Of a stretch of DNA of 64,000 nucleotides, positions 35,510 to 47,437 are shown in pieces. The stretch is taken from positions 186,001 through 250,000 of the forward strand of contig NW_027590137.1 of the NCBI RefSeq assembly GCF_964213995.1. Reading direction: 5' to 3'. Under the pieces are notes generated by a model. That model ran no database searches and was not told the DNA's origin. It saw only the letters and a program-made list of their open reading frames with translations. A program made the translations under genes and the position numbers. Numbering within the stretch: the stretch's first letter is position 1; each line of letters begins with the position of its first letter. This DNA is from Mustelus asterias (lineage: Eukaryota).

Positions 35510-38500
35510 GTCATTCGCAGATTTCATCCGGCCTCGGCATTCTGCTACGGGGGGGCAACTTCACCGTCTCCTAAGTTAAGGAGGTGGTGGGAGGACGCCT
35601 CCTCGTAGCAGACGTCACGTACAAAAACTGCCCTCTCAGGCTGATTAATGTGTATGCCCCTGCCGTCAAGACCGAGCGGCTGGCACTTTTTGAACAGCTG
35701 CCACTGCTACTCACCACCTCCAGGCCAATCATACTGGGTGGGGACTTTAACTATATCATTGACAAGGCCGGCCGATCCAACAGGGCCGAAAGTAAACTGG
35801 ACGCTACGTCCAGAGCCCTGCTGGAAACAGTCAAAGATGCCAAGCTGCTCGACGTCTTCAGCGATCCAGCAGACGGAGGGCAGCGTAGATACACGTGGTC
35901 GCGGCCAGACGGGTCTGTCCGCTCCAGGATCGACTTCATGTTTGCATCCCGCGCTCACGGTCAGGTCCACCGACGTCAAGCCGGTGTTCTTCTCTGATCA
36001 CTGCCTCCTGCTGGCAGACTGTCAGCTGGAGCAAAACCAGAAAGTGGGCAGGGGGTCCTGGAAGCTTAATGTAGAACTGTTGACCCCAGAGAACCTCGAG
36101 GAACTCAAGAGGGTTTACCACGGTTGGAGAACCGTGAAACCCTTCTTTGAGTCTCCATCGCTCTGGTGGGAAACCATCAAGGGCAACATCAAGAGGTTCT
36201 TTATCCGAAAAGGGGTTTAGAAGGCCAGGGAGAGACGGGGGGAAATGTCCCGACTCCAGAAAAGCATGCAGGAGCTACTCCAACTGCAGTCGATGGGGGT
36301 TGATGTCAAGGAGGACCTCCGGGAGGTGAAGAGCCAGCAAGCCTCGCTCTTTGCCTCAGAGGCCTCCAAGGTTATCTTCCGGTCCAGGGTCCGCTCCGTG
36401 GAGCAGGACGAAACGTGCTCGCGCTTCTTCTTCCAGAAGGTGCACAGAGAAACCTCTGTGATCACAAGCCTGAAGGAAGAAGATGGCTCTGTAAGGTCAT
36501 CGCAGTCTGACATCCTGAGGATTTGCAAATCCTTCTATGCCGGACTGAATGACCTGAAGCCAACAGACAGCACGGCCTCCCAGTCTTTCCTGTCGTCTAT
36601 CACACAAGTCTTGGACGACGGCGAGCGGGAGAGCCTGGACAGACCGGTAGCTCTGGATGAGCTGACAAAGGCAGTCGAGTCCCTTCAGAAGGGTAAAACT
36701 CCCGGTAGCGACGGCTTACCGGCTGCGCTTTACTCGGCATTGTGGGACTTGACGGGCCCGGACCTCCTGGAAGTATACGAGAGTATGCTTCTGGAAGGCA
36801 GCATGTCAGAATCCATGAGGAAAGGCATCATTACCCTCATCTACAAGCAGAAGGGGGAAAGGGGAGAAATTAGAAATTGGAGACCTATTTCACTATTGAA
36901 TGTGGATTACAAGATTCTGGCCAAGGTCATCGCCAACCGGGTCAAGTCTGCTCTGGGGTCAGTGATCCATCCTGATCAAACCTGTGCTGTACCCGGCAGG
37001 AAGATCTCTGATAGCCTCGCGCTACTCAGGGATACGATCGCCTACGTGCAGGACAGGCAGGTGGACACCTGCCTCATCAGTCTAGACCAGGAGAAGGCGT
37101 TTGACAGAATATCGCACAGCTACATGATGGATGTGCTCTCCAAAATGGGCTTTGGGGAGGGAATCTGTAATTGGATCCAACTGCTCTACACAGACATCAG
37201 TAGCGCAGTTTCAATCAATGGGTGGGAATCAGATATGTTTCAAATCAGGTCTGGAGTCAGGCAGGGCTGCCCTCTCTCCTCCGTCCTTTTTGTGTGTTGC
37301 ATTGAACCCCTTGCCGAGGCCCTCAGAAGCGACCCAGGCATCAAAGGGGTTACAATCCCAGGCAGCGGAGGGACGCAAGTCAAAGCCTCCCTCTACATGG
37401 ATGACGTGGCTGTTTTCTGCTCGGACCCCTCGTCTGTTCGCAGGCTTCTTCGAGTCTGTGAGCAGTTCGAGCTGGCCTCGGGAGCCAAAGTCAACCAGGG
37501 TAAGAGTGAGGCCATGTTCTTTGGGAACTGGCCTGACACATCCTTTATCCCCTTCACCATTAGGGTAGACTACCTCAAGGTGCTGGGGATACGGTTCGGA
37601 GCGCCAGGGGCATGCGCCAAAAACTGGGAGGAGCGCATCGCCAAAGCCAGACAAAAATTGGGATTGTGGGAGCAACGCTCCCTCTCCATTACTGGGAAGA
37701 ACCTTGTGATCCAATGCGAGGTTCTGTCCGTGTTGTTGTACGTGGCGCAGGTGTGGCCTCTCCCCAAGTCCTGCGCAACAGCAGTGACCCGGGCCATCTT
37801 CAAGTTCATCTGGAGATCAAAGATGGATCGTGTCCGGAGGGAGGCGATGCACAAATCTCCAGAGAATGGAGGGAAAAACGTTCCCAACGCCGCCCTCATC
37901 CTGATGGCCACCTTTGTGTGCGGCTGCATCAAGCTGTGTGTAGATCCTCGGTACAGTAACAGCAAGTGCCACTATTTTTTGAGGTTCTACCTGTCCCAAG
38001 TGTTGCGGAGGATGGGTCTGGCCACATTGCCGCGGAACGCTCCAAGTAGTTGGACCGTACCGCAGCACCTGTCCTTCGTGGAGAAATTCTTCCGGAAACA
38101 CACCTTTGACCACATGGCTATCAAGCAGTGGTCAGCACGTAATGTCCTTGAGGCCCTGAGAGAAAAGGAGACGGCAGATCCTGTCGGATGGTTCCCTGAG
38201 CGGACTGTCAGTGTCATTTGGCAGAATGCCTCATCACCAGAACTCACAAACAAGCACCAAGACCTGGCTTGGCTGGTGGTGAGAAGGGCACTCCCCGTCA
38301 GATCCTTTATGCACGCCCGGGGTCTCAACCTCACCGCACGCTGCCCTCGAAGCGGCTGCGGGGCTGATGAGACGGTAGCACACCTCCTTGTGGAATGTGC
38401 CTTTGCAAAGAAGGTCTGGAACGAGATGCAGTGGTATTTGTCGCGGTTCATCCCGAGTATCTCGGTGACACAGGACTCTGTGCTCTACGGGCTGTTTCCA

Positions 38501-38864
38501 GGAACGCACACCGAGACAAATATCAACTGCTGCTGGAGGGTCATCAACTCGGTGAAGGACACGCTTTGGTCCGCCCGAAACTTGCTGATCTTCCAGCTGA
38601 AAGAATTGTCCTCGACCGAGTGTTGCAGACTGGCACATTCCAAGGTCCAGGACTACGTGCTCAGGGACGCGCTCAAGCTTGGGGCAGCCGCCGCCAAGGC
38701 ACAATGGGGAAAGGCCACCGGTGTAAAGCGTCTCAACCGAGGCAGACCGTGGGCCGGGTAACTGCAGAATACTCTCGGCCTGCGTAACTGTGTGCCAACC
38801 TGAAAAATAACGGCACACAGTAAACTCTGACACATGTATATAGTTTTAAGAAATGAAATGTAAT
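35510..38864 (+). mobile_element. Tx1-clade non-LTR retrotransposon, near-complete ORF2 (EN, RT, zinc knuckle), disrupted
   Basis: EN motifs NVYAP, GGDFN, SRIDF, FSDH (frameshift near 35950, TAG at 36218). ORF 36245-38761 has NWRPISLLNVDYK, GVRQGCPLS, YMDD and CPRSGC..ETVAHLLVEC. Confidence 0.92.
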
Positions 38865-38905
38865 GGCCTCTAAGATGTACGGCCCGGCCGTACATCTTAG
38901 AGGCC
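38865..38905. repeat. Perfect 20-bp-arm palindrome at the junction of two opposed Tx1 elements
   Basis: GGCCTCTAAGATGTACGGCC-C-GGCCGTACATCTTAGAGGCC. Confidence 0.95.
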
Positions 38906-39890
38906 GCGACAATGGCTCAGGGGCCGACAACCCCAGCCATTGCCTTAACACAGGCCTCGATGGACATGTCGGGGTGGGCATAGCACTTTACACCGAGCTG
39001 CCGTGTGAGCAACGAAAAAGGTGGCAGGGTCTTGGGAGCGGCGGGGGCTCTGGCAGCTGCCACGCCCACATAGGTGGGCCGAGAAGGCTCTGCCACCGGC
39101 GACGCCTCCATAGTAATCAAGGGAGTGCTATGCCCACCCCGAGACTGCCCAGATGCACGGCAGGGCGTATAAGAGGGAAAAATAAGGGAGGGTAGGGTAG
39201 GTGGATGGGGGTCTAGGTGCTCTCTCCCCGGAGCGAGAGAGGAGAGAAGAGGTTGGAGGAGCAGGAGGGAGCACGAGGGACAAGGCACGGAGGGGGGCCG
39301 GTGCCCCAGTCAGGGGGAAAGAGGGGAGGGGGTGCCGTTGTTGGGGGCAGCAGCAGTGGGTGGGGGACTTTACTCCTCCAGCCCTTTCGGGTGCAAACAG
39401 TTCAAATCCGGGGTGTCTTCATCACCCCCCCCCCCCCGCCCCCCCACTGCAGATGGAAAAAACAGTCTGAATTTACTTCACCCCCCCCCCCCCGCCATCC
39501 CTTTCAGGCACCGACCTTCTGATGATGAGGGCACCAGCCCAACCACTCAGTCCCTAGATGTTGAAACGTGCAGTCCTCCCTCCCATAGATGGAAAGAAAA
39601 AAGAAAGAAAGTTACTCCGTGTCCTCTCTCCCTCCAGGGAGAGAGCACCCTCCAGTGGATGGACGGACGGCAGGCAGGTAGGCCAGACGGCAGGCAGGCC
39701 AGACAACAGGCAGGCAGGCAGGCCAGACGGCAGGCAGGCCGGCCAGAAAACAGGCAGGCAGGCAGGCCAGACGACAGGCAGGCAGGCCAGACGACAGGCA
39801 GGCAGGCCAGACGACAGGCAGGCAGGCCAGACGACAGCAGGCAGGCAGGCAACAGCTCACCTTCCTCCCCCTTCCCACTTTCAGATGCTG
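38886..39890 (-). mobile_element. Tx1-clade element 5' end (5' UTR plus ORF1 N-terminus)
   Basis: MEASPVA...LLTRQLGVKCYAHPDMSIEACVKAMAGVVGP*AIVAASKMYGRAV resembles a Tx1/L1-type ORF1 N-terminus. The upstream part (5' UTR assignment) is inferred. Confidence 0.6.
39660..39850 (+). repeat. GGCA-based ~20-bp minisatellite
   Basis: About nine units of GGCAGGCAGGCCAGACGACA and variants. Confidence 0.85.
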
Positions 39891-39905
39891 GAATGACCAA
39901 ATTAA

Positions 39906-39978
39906 CATTTCTGCCCGGTTTCGAGCCGGGGACCTTTCTTGTGTCAGGCAAATGTGACAACCACTTCACTACAGAAAC
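39906..39978 (-). pseudogene. tRNA-Val pseudogene (anticodon position reads GAC)
   Basis: GTTTCTGTAGTGAAGTGGTTGTCACATTTGCCTGACACAAGAAAGGTCCCCGGCTCGAAACCGGGCAGAAATG aligns to vertebrate tRNA-Val(AAC/CAC). The anticodon stem is broken, the T-loop reads GGCTCGA, and there is no T4 terminator. Confidence 0.85.
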
Positions 39979-39984
39979 AACCTC

Positions 39985-40430
39985 TCTGATGTTGGAGACA
40001 GGAGGAAGTTTCAGTCTGTCTGAAGCTCAATCTTCATTCACACAAAGCCCGCGCTCTGATCAGCTGGAGGACCAGAGTCCTTCCGGTCCTCCAACTCTTC
40101 CTATTAATCAACACCTCAGAAGGTCAGGGGGTGGGATCTGCCCTGCAATGCGCAGCTTCCCCCTCCCTTGGACATGCGCAGTCCCGGGCCGGGGGGAGGG
40201 GGAGATCACCGAGCAGCTTCTCGCTCTGTCCGGAGCCGCCAGCCGGTTGCCTGGAAACCTTGGCTCGATGTGGTGTAGGGGGAGGGGAACAATGGGTGGG
40301 GGCGGGGCTCCCGGGTCCGCGCGCCCGGGCCTGCGCACTGCGGAGCACAGTGATTCCTATTGGCTGATTCAGGCAGGACTCCATTGTGACATCACAAAGG
40401 GGAAGTTGGCCAATGATGATGTAATTTAAA
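39985..40430 (-). promoter_or_regulatory. ZNF-family promoter module, copy 3, abutting the tRNA-Val 5' end
   Basis: Reverse-complement match to 3600-4056, including the X-box, NRF1-like and CCAAT motifs. Confidence 0.65.
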
Positions 40431-40730
40431 CAATGCCTGAGATCACTTCACTTCTTGGTCAGACCCCCTTTTCAGTCCAGTGCTACTTGGAGTTTACCGT
40501 CAATTCAACAACTATTGGGTTACAAGTCCCTCACAGTTCTGATCACAAATTTATGATAAAATAATTTAAACAATGGATGAGAACGCTTCTTAACTAACTG
40601 CTGACCACTGTTTGTTGATTGGTCAGACCCCCTTTTTACAGATTCAGGAATCTCAGCCACTGAACACCAGCCGGTCCTGGAATAAGTTTAATTCTAACTC
40701 ATTCTGAGTAAATATTTTCACCAGGTCCTC

Positions 40731-40904
40731 TGTTGGGGCCCTGCTAAGCAGCTTTAATGGTTCATGATTGCAGAAACTGAGCAGTCACAGGAATGTGGTC
40801 AAGATAGTCATGTCCCACAATGCCTCACATTCAATCTGCTGTCCGTCAATTCTAACAGAATATGTGGCTGTATGTAGCTGCCTCGGACATGGTCAACCCC
40901 AACA
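40731..40904 (-). mobile_element. Short solo-LTR-like element (174 bp)
   Basis: Ends TGTTGGGG...CCCCAACA, with ATTAAA near the minus-strand 3' end. No clear TSD. Its first ~55 bp recur at 18699. Confidence 0.4.
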
Positions 40905-43240
40905 CTGCCTTCCTGAACTGCTATCATGCCTCAGGTGTAAGTACACCCACAGTGCTGTTAGGGAGGGATTTCCAGCGACACATTCCACACTTCCTCTCGA
41001 CTGTGGGTGGATACGAGATTGGTACATTTCATTCAACTGCACTCAAGCTGAGTTATTCAAATCCCTTTATTCTACGTGACAATATATTCATGATTTCTTT
41101 AAAACAGAAATTAAACATTCCCATTTGATTTCAGGTATTAACATATTCTGCTGGTTTGTTCTTTATTGTCAATGTCAGGCTGGGGTTGTTCCCCTTGGAG
41201 CAAAGGAGGTTAAGGGGAGATTTGATAGAGGTGGACAAGATTCTGACAGGTTTAGATAAGGTGGACAAAGAAAAGCTGTTCCCATTAGCTGATGGGACAA
41301 GGACGAGGGGGACACAGATTTATGGTTTTGGGTCAGAGATGCAGGAGGGATGTGAGGAAGAATATTTTGATGCAGCGAATGGTAATGACCTGGAACTCGC
41401 TGCCTACGAGGGTGGAGGAAGTGGAGACAATAAACAATTACAAAGGAAATTGGATGGGCATTGGGAGGTTTCAAACAGAAATAGTGACTCTGAACTTCCT
41501 CACACCCTGTCACTCTGTGATCCGTGTGAAATCTGAAACCAGGTATTCGCAACAAGACTCAAAGAGCATCAGCCACTGGAGACAAAGTCGTGAGACCGGC
41601 CAGTCCAGCAGAAAGAAACCCTCTGACCCTCCCCATTGACCAACTGTGAGAATGAACAAAATGCAGTCCTGGATGTAATTGAGAGCAGAAACAATAACAG
41701 CAGAATCCAACCCCTGGAATCACTCGTGAACTTTTTGGTGTCTCAACAGATGGGATGAAAGACTGAATATCTTCTCACACGCAGAGCAGGAGAACGGTCT
41801 CTCCCCAGTGTGAACTCGCTGGTGTCTCAGCAGCCGGGATGAAACTTTGAATCCCTTCCCACACTGAGAGCAGGTGAACGGCCTCTCCCCAGTGTGAACT
41901 CGCTGGTGTATCTGCAGGTCAGATAATTGACTGAACCCCTTCCCACACTGAGAGCAGGTGAACGGCCTCTCCCCAGTGTGAACTCGCTGGTGTCTACGCA
42001 GGGTGGATAAATGAGTGAATCCCTTCCCACACTGAGAGCAGGTGAAAGGCCTCTCCCCAGTGTGAACTCGCTGGTGTGCCTGCAGGCCAGATAACTGACT
42101 GAATCCCTTCTCACACTGAGAGCAGGTGAACAGTCTCTCCCCAGTGTGAACTCGCTGGTGTCTCTGCAGGTTGGATAACTGACTGAATCCCTTCTCACAC
42201 TGAGAGCAGGTGAATGGCTTCTCCCCAGTGTGGCTGCGCCGATGAACTTCCAGCTCTGAAGGGGCTCCGTGTCCCTTCCCACAGTCCGCACATTTCCATG
42301 GTTTCTCCATGGTGCAGGTGTCCTTGCCTCTCTCTTGGGTGGACAATCAGTTGAAGCCTCGTCCACACACAGAACACGTGTCCAGTCTCTCCCCGCTGTG
42401 AATGGTGTGATATTTATTCAGTCTGTGTAACTGGTTAAAGCTCTTGAGTCTGTGAACTGGAAGACTCTCACTCGAGTGTGACAGTGTGTTGGTGCTTTTC
42501 CAGTCACACTGATGTTGGAAATCTTTTCAAACTGACAGACCAGACAACAATTTCTCCTTCAAGATACAAAGGCCGATGATATTCAGGTCCCAAGGAACAT
42601 GACTCTGTCAGATCCAGATGTGACGTTTGAGATTTCGGCCTGTGATTCCTCTTTCAATATCCTGTAAAACAAGTTTACAGAGGTCATCAGTGTCAGTGCA
42701 GGATAGAAATTCAGAACAGACAATTCTAGTTTCTACGGAACATTCTTTCCTCTCTCCAGACTCGAAACATTGGCTGTATTCTCTCTCTATCTGGGGGATA
42801 GCGTGGGAAATGATGCTGTGGTAGATCAGCCAATTCTCAATGAATGGTTGAGGCAGTTCGATGGGCTGAATGGCCAACTGCAGCTCCTGTTATGATTTCT
42901 GAGTCGTGGACATGAAGCAGTGAGCATGGATCTGTCAATCAGCCTCAATCAGCACCTTCAGGAGAATTGGGAGGGTGAATATTAGATACAGCAGAGTGAG
43001 AATGGAGGGAGAGTGTGTGGGATGGAGATTCACAGCTTTTGGGAATGAGAGGGGAAAAAATGTTCATGAGAATCATAGAATTAATACATCTTATCAACCG
43101 TCCGAGCCTTCACAATGAATCTCTCTTCTCAGGACACTCTTATCTCTGACTTGTCTGTGCTGCTCGCAGTCTCACAAAGCAGCTGCCTGTGTGTTGACAC
43201 AAGGGGCCCTGCGAGGCAAGTTTCATGCTCCATGACTGTG
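40850..43240 (-). repeat. Inverted segmental duplicate of about 15960-18755 (ZNF gene 2 block)
   Basis: Collinear reverse-complement similarity across intron, inverted 66-nt exon, finger exon, 3' UTR, embedded CR1 fragment and downstream flank. Confidence 0.88.
41720..42310 (-). CDS. C2H2 zinc-finger protein 4 (7 fingers), paralog of ZNF 2
   Basis: ACCATGG start at 42310 (MEKPWKC), seven intact fingers, and the same ending as ZNF 2 (HQKVHE*). Confidence 0.82.
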   Translation of the reverse strand: MEKPWKCADCGKGHGAPSELEVHRRSHTGEKPFTCSQCEKGFSQLSNLQRHQRVHTGERLFTCSQCEKGFSQLSGLQAHQRVHTGERPFTCSQCGKGFTHLSTLRRHQRVHTGERPFTCSQCGKGFSQLSDLQIHQRVHTGERPFTCSQCGKGFKVSSRLLRHQRVHTGERPFSCSACEKIFSLSSHLLRHQKVHE

Positions 43241-43363
43241 TCTTTAATGACTGAATAACTATCGGAATATGGTCAAGTCAGCTAAACCACATGATGCTTT
43301 ATATTTCGGTTAGTAACTGCCCATTTTGTTAACATAGCACATTTGGATATATAAATATATATA

Positions 43364-43542
43364 AAAGCAAAATATTGCGGATGCTGGAATCTGAAACAAA
43401 AACAGAAAATGCTGGAAAATGTCAGCAGGTCTGACAGCATCTGTGGAGAGAGAATAGAGCCAACATTTAAAGTCTGGATGACCCTTCATCAGAGTTCTGA
43501 CAAAGGGTCATCCAGACTCGAAATGTTAGTCTATTCTCTCTC
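43364..43542 (-). mobile_element. Miniature Penelope-type insertion with fold-back arm and 14-bp TSD
   Basis: TATAAATATATATA at 43350-43363 and 43543-43556. Inverted arms 43446-43492 and 43497-43542 contain degenerate CTGANGA..GAAA boxes. Confidence 0.7.
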
Positions 43543-44109
43543 TATAAATATATATAGGACAGCTGCCTCAGCCTTGGCCCACTCTAACACATGCACGAAG
43601 CAGGGCTGACTGTGTGGAAATGCTCAGATTGAAGTTTCCTGCCTTCTCTTTAACAGCGAGTGAAAATGTTTATCGACTTGCAGACCTTCAAAGGAGTCAG
43701 TGTCTGCTATTTCAGCATGAACAGGCTAATCTTCACCGACGTAGGCCCCAGAACATTCTGCTTTTCGGCCTTCACCAGAGGGTGAGCAAGACCAGATTTC
43801 TCCAGAACAAATACCAAAGGTGAGATATGGGGATATGCTATGTAAATAAAAGATTAGCAGAAGTCAATTTTGAACGCGAAAGGGCGAAAAGCTAGGATTT
43901 AATTGGCGAATATGTCCGTCAATGAAGGATTAGAAAAATTCCTGGTTTCTGATTTGCTGTAATTGACTATTATTGCCAAGTTATTTTTCTGTAACATCAG
44001 AACCACTTGCGGGACAGCTGCACAGGGTTTCTCCTTGTGCACAAGTCATTAAAGGCCCCACATTGGATTGTGCGTGGTGTCCAGTGCTGTTTGTACTCAA
44101 GTCGACTAA

Positions 44110-45270
44110 GAATGCCTAAAGTTGCTGGTACCCAGGATCTCTGATAACTATCCCTAACCGGACCTTGACTATCCAAAGGTTGGCCAGAATCCTCTCCAGT
44201 AACTTACCCGCCACTGTTGTCAGGTTCACCGGCCTGTAATTACCAGGCTTCTCTTTGCAACCCTTCTTAAACAATGGAACAACATTAGTCACACTCTAGT
44301 CTTCCAGAACTTTGCCAGTGGAAAGGGATGAAGCAAATACTTCTGCAAGGCCCTCTGCAATTTCTTCCCCAAGTTCCCCAAACTCCCACAAGATCCAAGG
44401 ATGCACTTGATTTGATTTATTATTGTCACATGTATTAGTATACAGTGAAAAGAATTGTTTCTTGCACACTATCAAGACAAAGCATACAGTTCATAGAGAA
44501 GGAAAGGAGAGAGTGAAGGATGTAGTGTTACAGTCATAGCTCAGGTGGACAGAAAGATCAACTTAGTGCGGGGTAGGTCCATTCAAAAGTCTGACGGCAA
44601 CAGGGAAGAAGCTGTTCTTGAGTTGGTTGGCACGTGAGCTCAGACTTTTGTTTCATTTCCCCAACGGAAATAGGTGGAAGAGTGAATGTCCGGGGTGTGA
44701 GGGTTGATTATGCTGGCTGCTTTTCCGAGGCAGCCGGATGTGTACAGAGTCAATGGATGGGAGGCAGGTTTGCGCAATGGACTGGACTTCATTCACAATC
44801 CTTTGAGAAATCCATTGGTGAGAAAAGCATGGATGTTAGGGAACTTGGGGAAATGAATAGTGATGTCTTGAGGAGTGTACATATAACAGAGAAGGTGGTG
44901 CTGGAAGTCTTAAAGTGCATCATGGGAGATAATTCCCTGGGACCTGATGAAGTGTATCCCAGGACATTTTGGAAGGCTAGGGAGGAAATTGTGGGTCCCC
45001 TAGCAGAGATATTTGAATCATCGATAGTCACAGGTGAGGTGCCTGAAGATTGGAGGGTGGCAAATGTTGTGCCTTTGTTTAAGAAGGGCTGCAGGGAAAA
45101 GCCTGGGAACTACAAGCCGGTGGGTGAGCCTCACATCTGTAGTGGGTAAGTTGCTCGAAGGTATTTTGAGAGACAGGATCTACAGGCATTTAAAGACGCA
45201 AGGACTGATTAGGGACAGCATAGCTTTGTGAGTGGAAAATCATGTCTCACAAATTTGATTGAGTTTTTTA
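44110..45270. mobile_element. Cluster of LINE fragments: CR1 (-, about 44110-44405), Rex1-type (-, about 44408-44800), CR1 (+, about 44810-45270)
   Basis: VPEDWRVANVVPLFKKG in ORF 44634. The Rex1 3' UTR matches the copy at 13985. Confidence 0.75.
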
Positions 45271-45559
45271 GAACGTAGAGTTTCAGGTCATTACCATTCG
45301 CTGCATCAGAATATTAGTATTGTTTCTGAAAATTTCATGCATTCCCTCTTGACTTGACCGGACATCTATTCATTACCAACTTGAGTTTCGCTAAATCCCT
45401 GTCTCAGCTGAGGTTTCTAGAACTTTCATTCATTCCTTTATTTTCTTTAGACTTGACTGTCAGTGTCCCTCATTTAACCCATGAAAAACTTTGGTGTATA
45501 TAAACCTCTGTCCTCTGCATCAAGTCCCACACACTCACCCATCACCATGTCCTCACCAT

Positions 45560-45805
45560 GGGGCTGCAGTGGTTAGCACTGCTGCGTCACAGTGGGTTCA
45601 ATTCATGGCTTGGGTGACTGTGTGTGTGGAGTCTGCACGTTCTCCCCATGTCTGCATGGGTTTCCTCCCACAGTCAGAAAGGCTTGCTGGTTAGGTGCAT
45701 TGACCCGAACAAGTGCCGGAGTGTGGCAACTAGGGGAATTTTACAGCAACTTGCTGTGTTAATGTAGGCTAAGCCTACTTGTGACACTAATAAATAAACT
45801 TTAAA
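45560..45805 (+). mobile_element. tRNA-derived SINE with V-type core
   Basis: CAGTGGTTAGCACTGCTGC..GGTTCAATTC..TTCTCCCCATGTCTG, then an AATAAATAAAC tail. Confidence 0.7.
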
Positions 45806-46189
45806 ACACTGACCCACACAGGCTCCTGGTTAAACAACTCAATTTAAAACATTGCATCTTTTTTTGAAAATCCTTCCATGACATTATCGTTCCCTATTTC
45901 CAGTCACACAGATGCTTGAATCTTTTTCTACAGACACACTTACAATCAGGTTCTGATGAGTGGAGTGACTCTGGCAGGTTTTGATCTGATGTCTGGTTTG
46001 AGTTTCCCTTCAAATTTTGTCATCAAATTTCCTGTAAAAAAAGATCATCACTGTCAGTCAAGAATAGAAATTAAGTGAGAAACATTTCTCTTGGGTTGAG
46101 TTTTCTGTGTGTAAATCCTCCCCTTCTAACTCCCTGTAAAAGGAGTTTCCAAAGTCCATCCCTGTCAGTCCAGGAGAGAAATTCACAAC

Positions 46190-46530
46190 AAACTCTCCTC
46201 CTGCTGGCAGGGAGAACCGCGCATGCGCACTATTGCCCATCGCCCCGAGACAGATGGTCTCCGTCAACTCGGGGCCTCCAACTCGGCATCTGCGGTCGCG
46301 GACTCGAATGGTTGGAACGCGGCACTGAGCAGTTATTATTCGGGTTCTCCTGTCTCCACTGGGTGCTTATGAACCCTCTCCACCCACCCCGCCGCCTCCA
46401 TTACCCTCCAGAATAAGCCGTTTCCCTGGAAACCCGGAGCCGATATAACTCCCTTGCTGCTGCTGCGGCAGCAACATCCACTGCGCATGCACTTTAGATC
46501 TACAGTACGCATGCGCAAAGTCTGTTGTAA
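46190..46530 (-). promoter_or_regulatory. CpG-rich promoter, probably of ZNF gene 4
   Basis: Three (T)GCGCATGC(GC) NRF1-type motifs and a GTTTCCCTGGAAAC X-box-like palindrome. A ZNF-family acceptor-like sequence (ttttacAG|GGAGTTAGAAGGG) follows near 46135 on the minus strand. Confidence 0.6.
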
Positions 46531-46706
46531 GTATAGATCATATTCTGATTCACTGTGAATGCTGGGTAAGATAGCCACCATTGAAGTATGTTCTTGCATA
46601 AAAAATAATTATGTATTCTGATTCAATTATGACTGAAGCCAAAGCACCAAGGTATAAAATAAAAATAACTAACACAGTCGCGAGCTCTGTCCTGAGTTTA
46701 ATCAAT

Positions 46707-46838
46707 GTAAGAAGTCTCACAAAACCAGGTTGAAGTCCAACAGGTTTATTTGGTAGCAAATAAACCTGTTGGACTTTAACCTGGTGTTGTGAGACTTCTT
46801 ACGGTGCTTACCCCAGTCCAACGCCGGCATCTCCACAT
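46707..46838 (+). mobile_element. Miniature Penelope-type insertion (132 bp) with fold-back arm and 15-bp TSD
   Basis: CTGAGTTTAAT(C/T)AAT at 46692-46706 and 46839-46853. The hairpin of pLTR 3' ends matches the sequence at 33010-33101. Confidence 0.85.
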
Positions 46839-47437
46839 CTGAGTTTAATTAATAGCTGAACAAACGTCTGCATCTGAAGATGAACTCCTTGGAGTGTCAG
46901 CTGGTGTAACGAGCTGATGATTTACCATCCACCCTCTCTCCACACACACACACACACACACACGGACTTGACAATAAGAATGAACTCATGTTTGATCAAA
47001 TCCTTTGAACTTTGAATACACGAATGAATACAAGAAGGTTCACTGTCTAAATCTCCTTTATCATAAAGCCTGCAATTTGGATGCAAGCTCCTCCTTTAAA
47101 TGCTCTGTCGTATGAAGTGTTGCCTCCAGGCAACAATATTTCCTGCAATCCCAACTGTCACCTGTGGTACCAATAAACTGATGCTATCGGATATTTTTGG
47201 CCACATCTAAAGTCCTGGAGCGCCATCCAGTGGAATCCAGTCGAAAGCCTCTTCCTTTCTATGCAAATATTGCGACATGATATTTTATAGAATGATTATT
47301 AATGCTGGTTTATTATTACTGCTCTCTTCTTATCCTTTCTTCTCCCATTTGGAACTGTTGCTTATTTGCATAACGTCTGCGATTAATGGTTTCAGGTTGC
47401 ATTCAGTGTCATAATGCGTGTTTCTTTTATTCATATA

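Noticed and set aside
39906-39978. Functional tRNA-Val(GAC)
   Set aside because: The anticodon stem cannot pair fully, the T-loop/B box is mutated and there is no terminator. GAC is best explained as pseudogene decay.
39332-40429. 365-aa ORF and similar GC-rich ORFs at 3310, 3662, 14383 and 14655
   Set aside because: They run across minisatellite, antisense tRNA and promoter-module DNA, and frames are not consistent between module copies.
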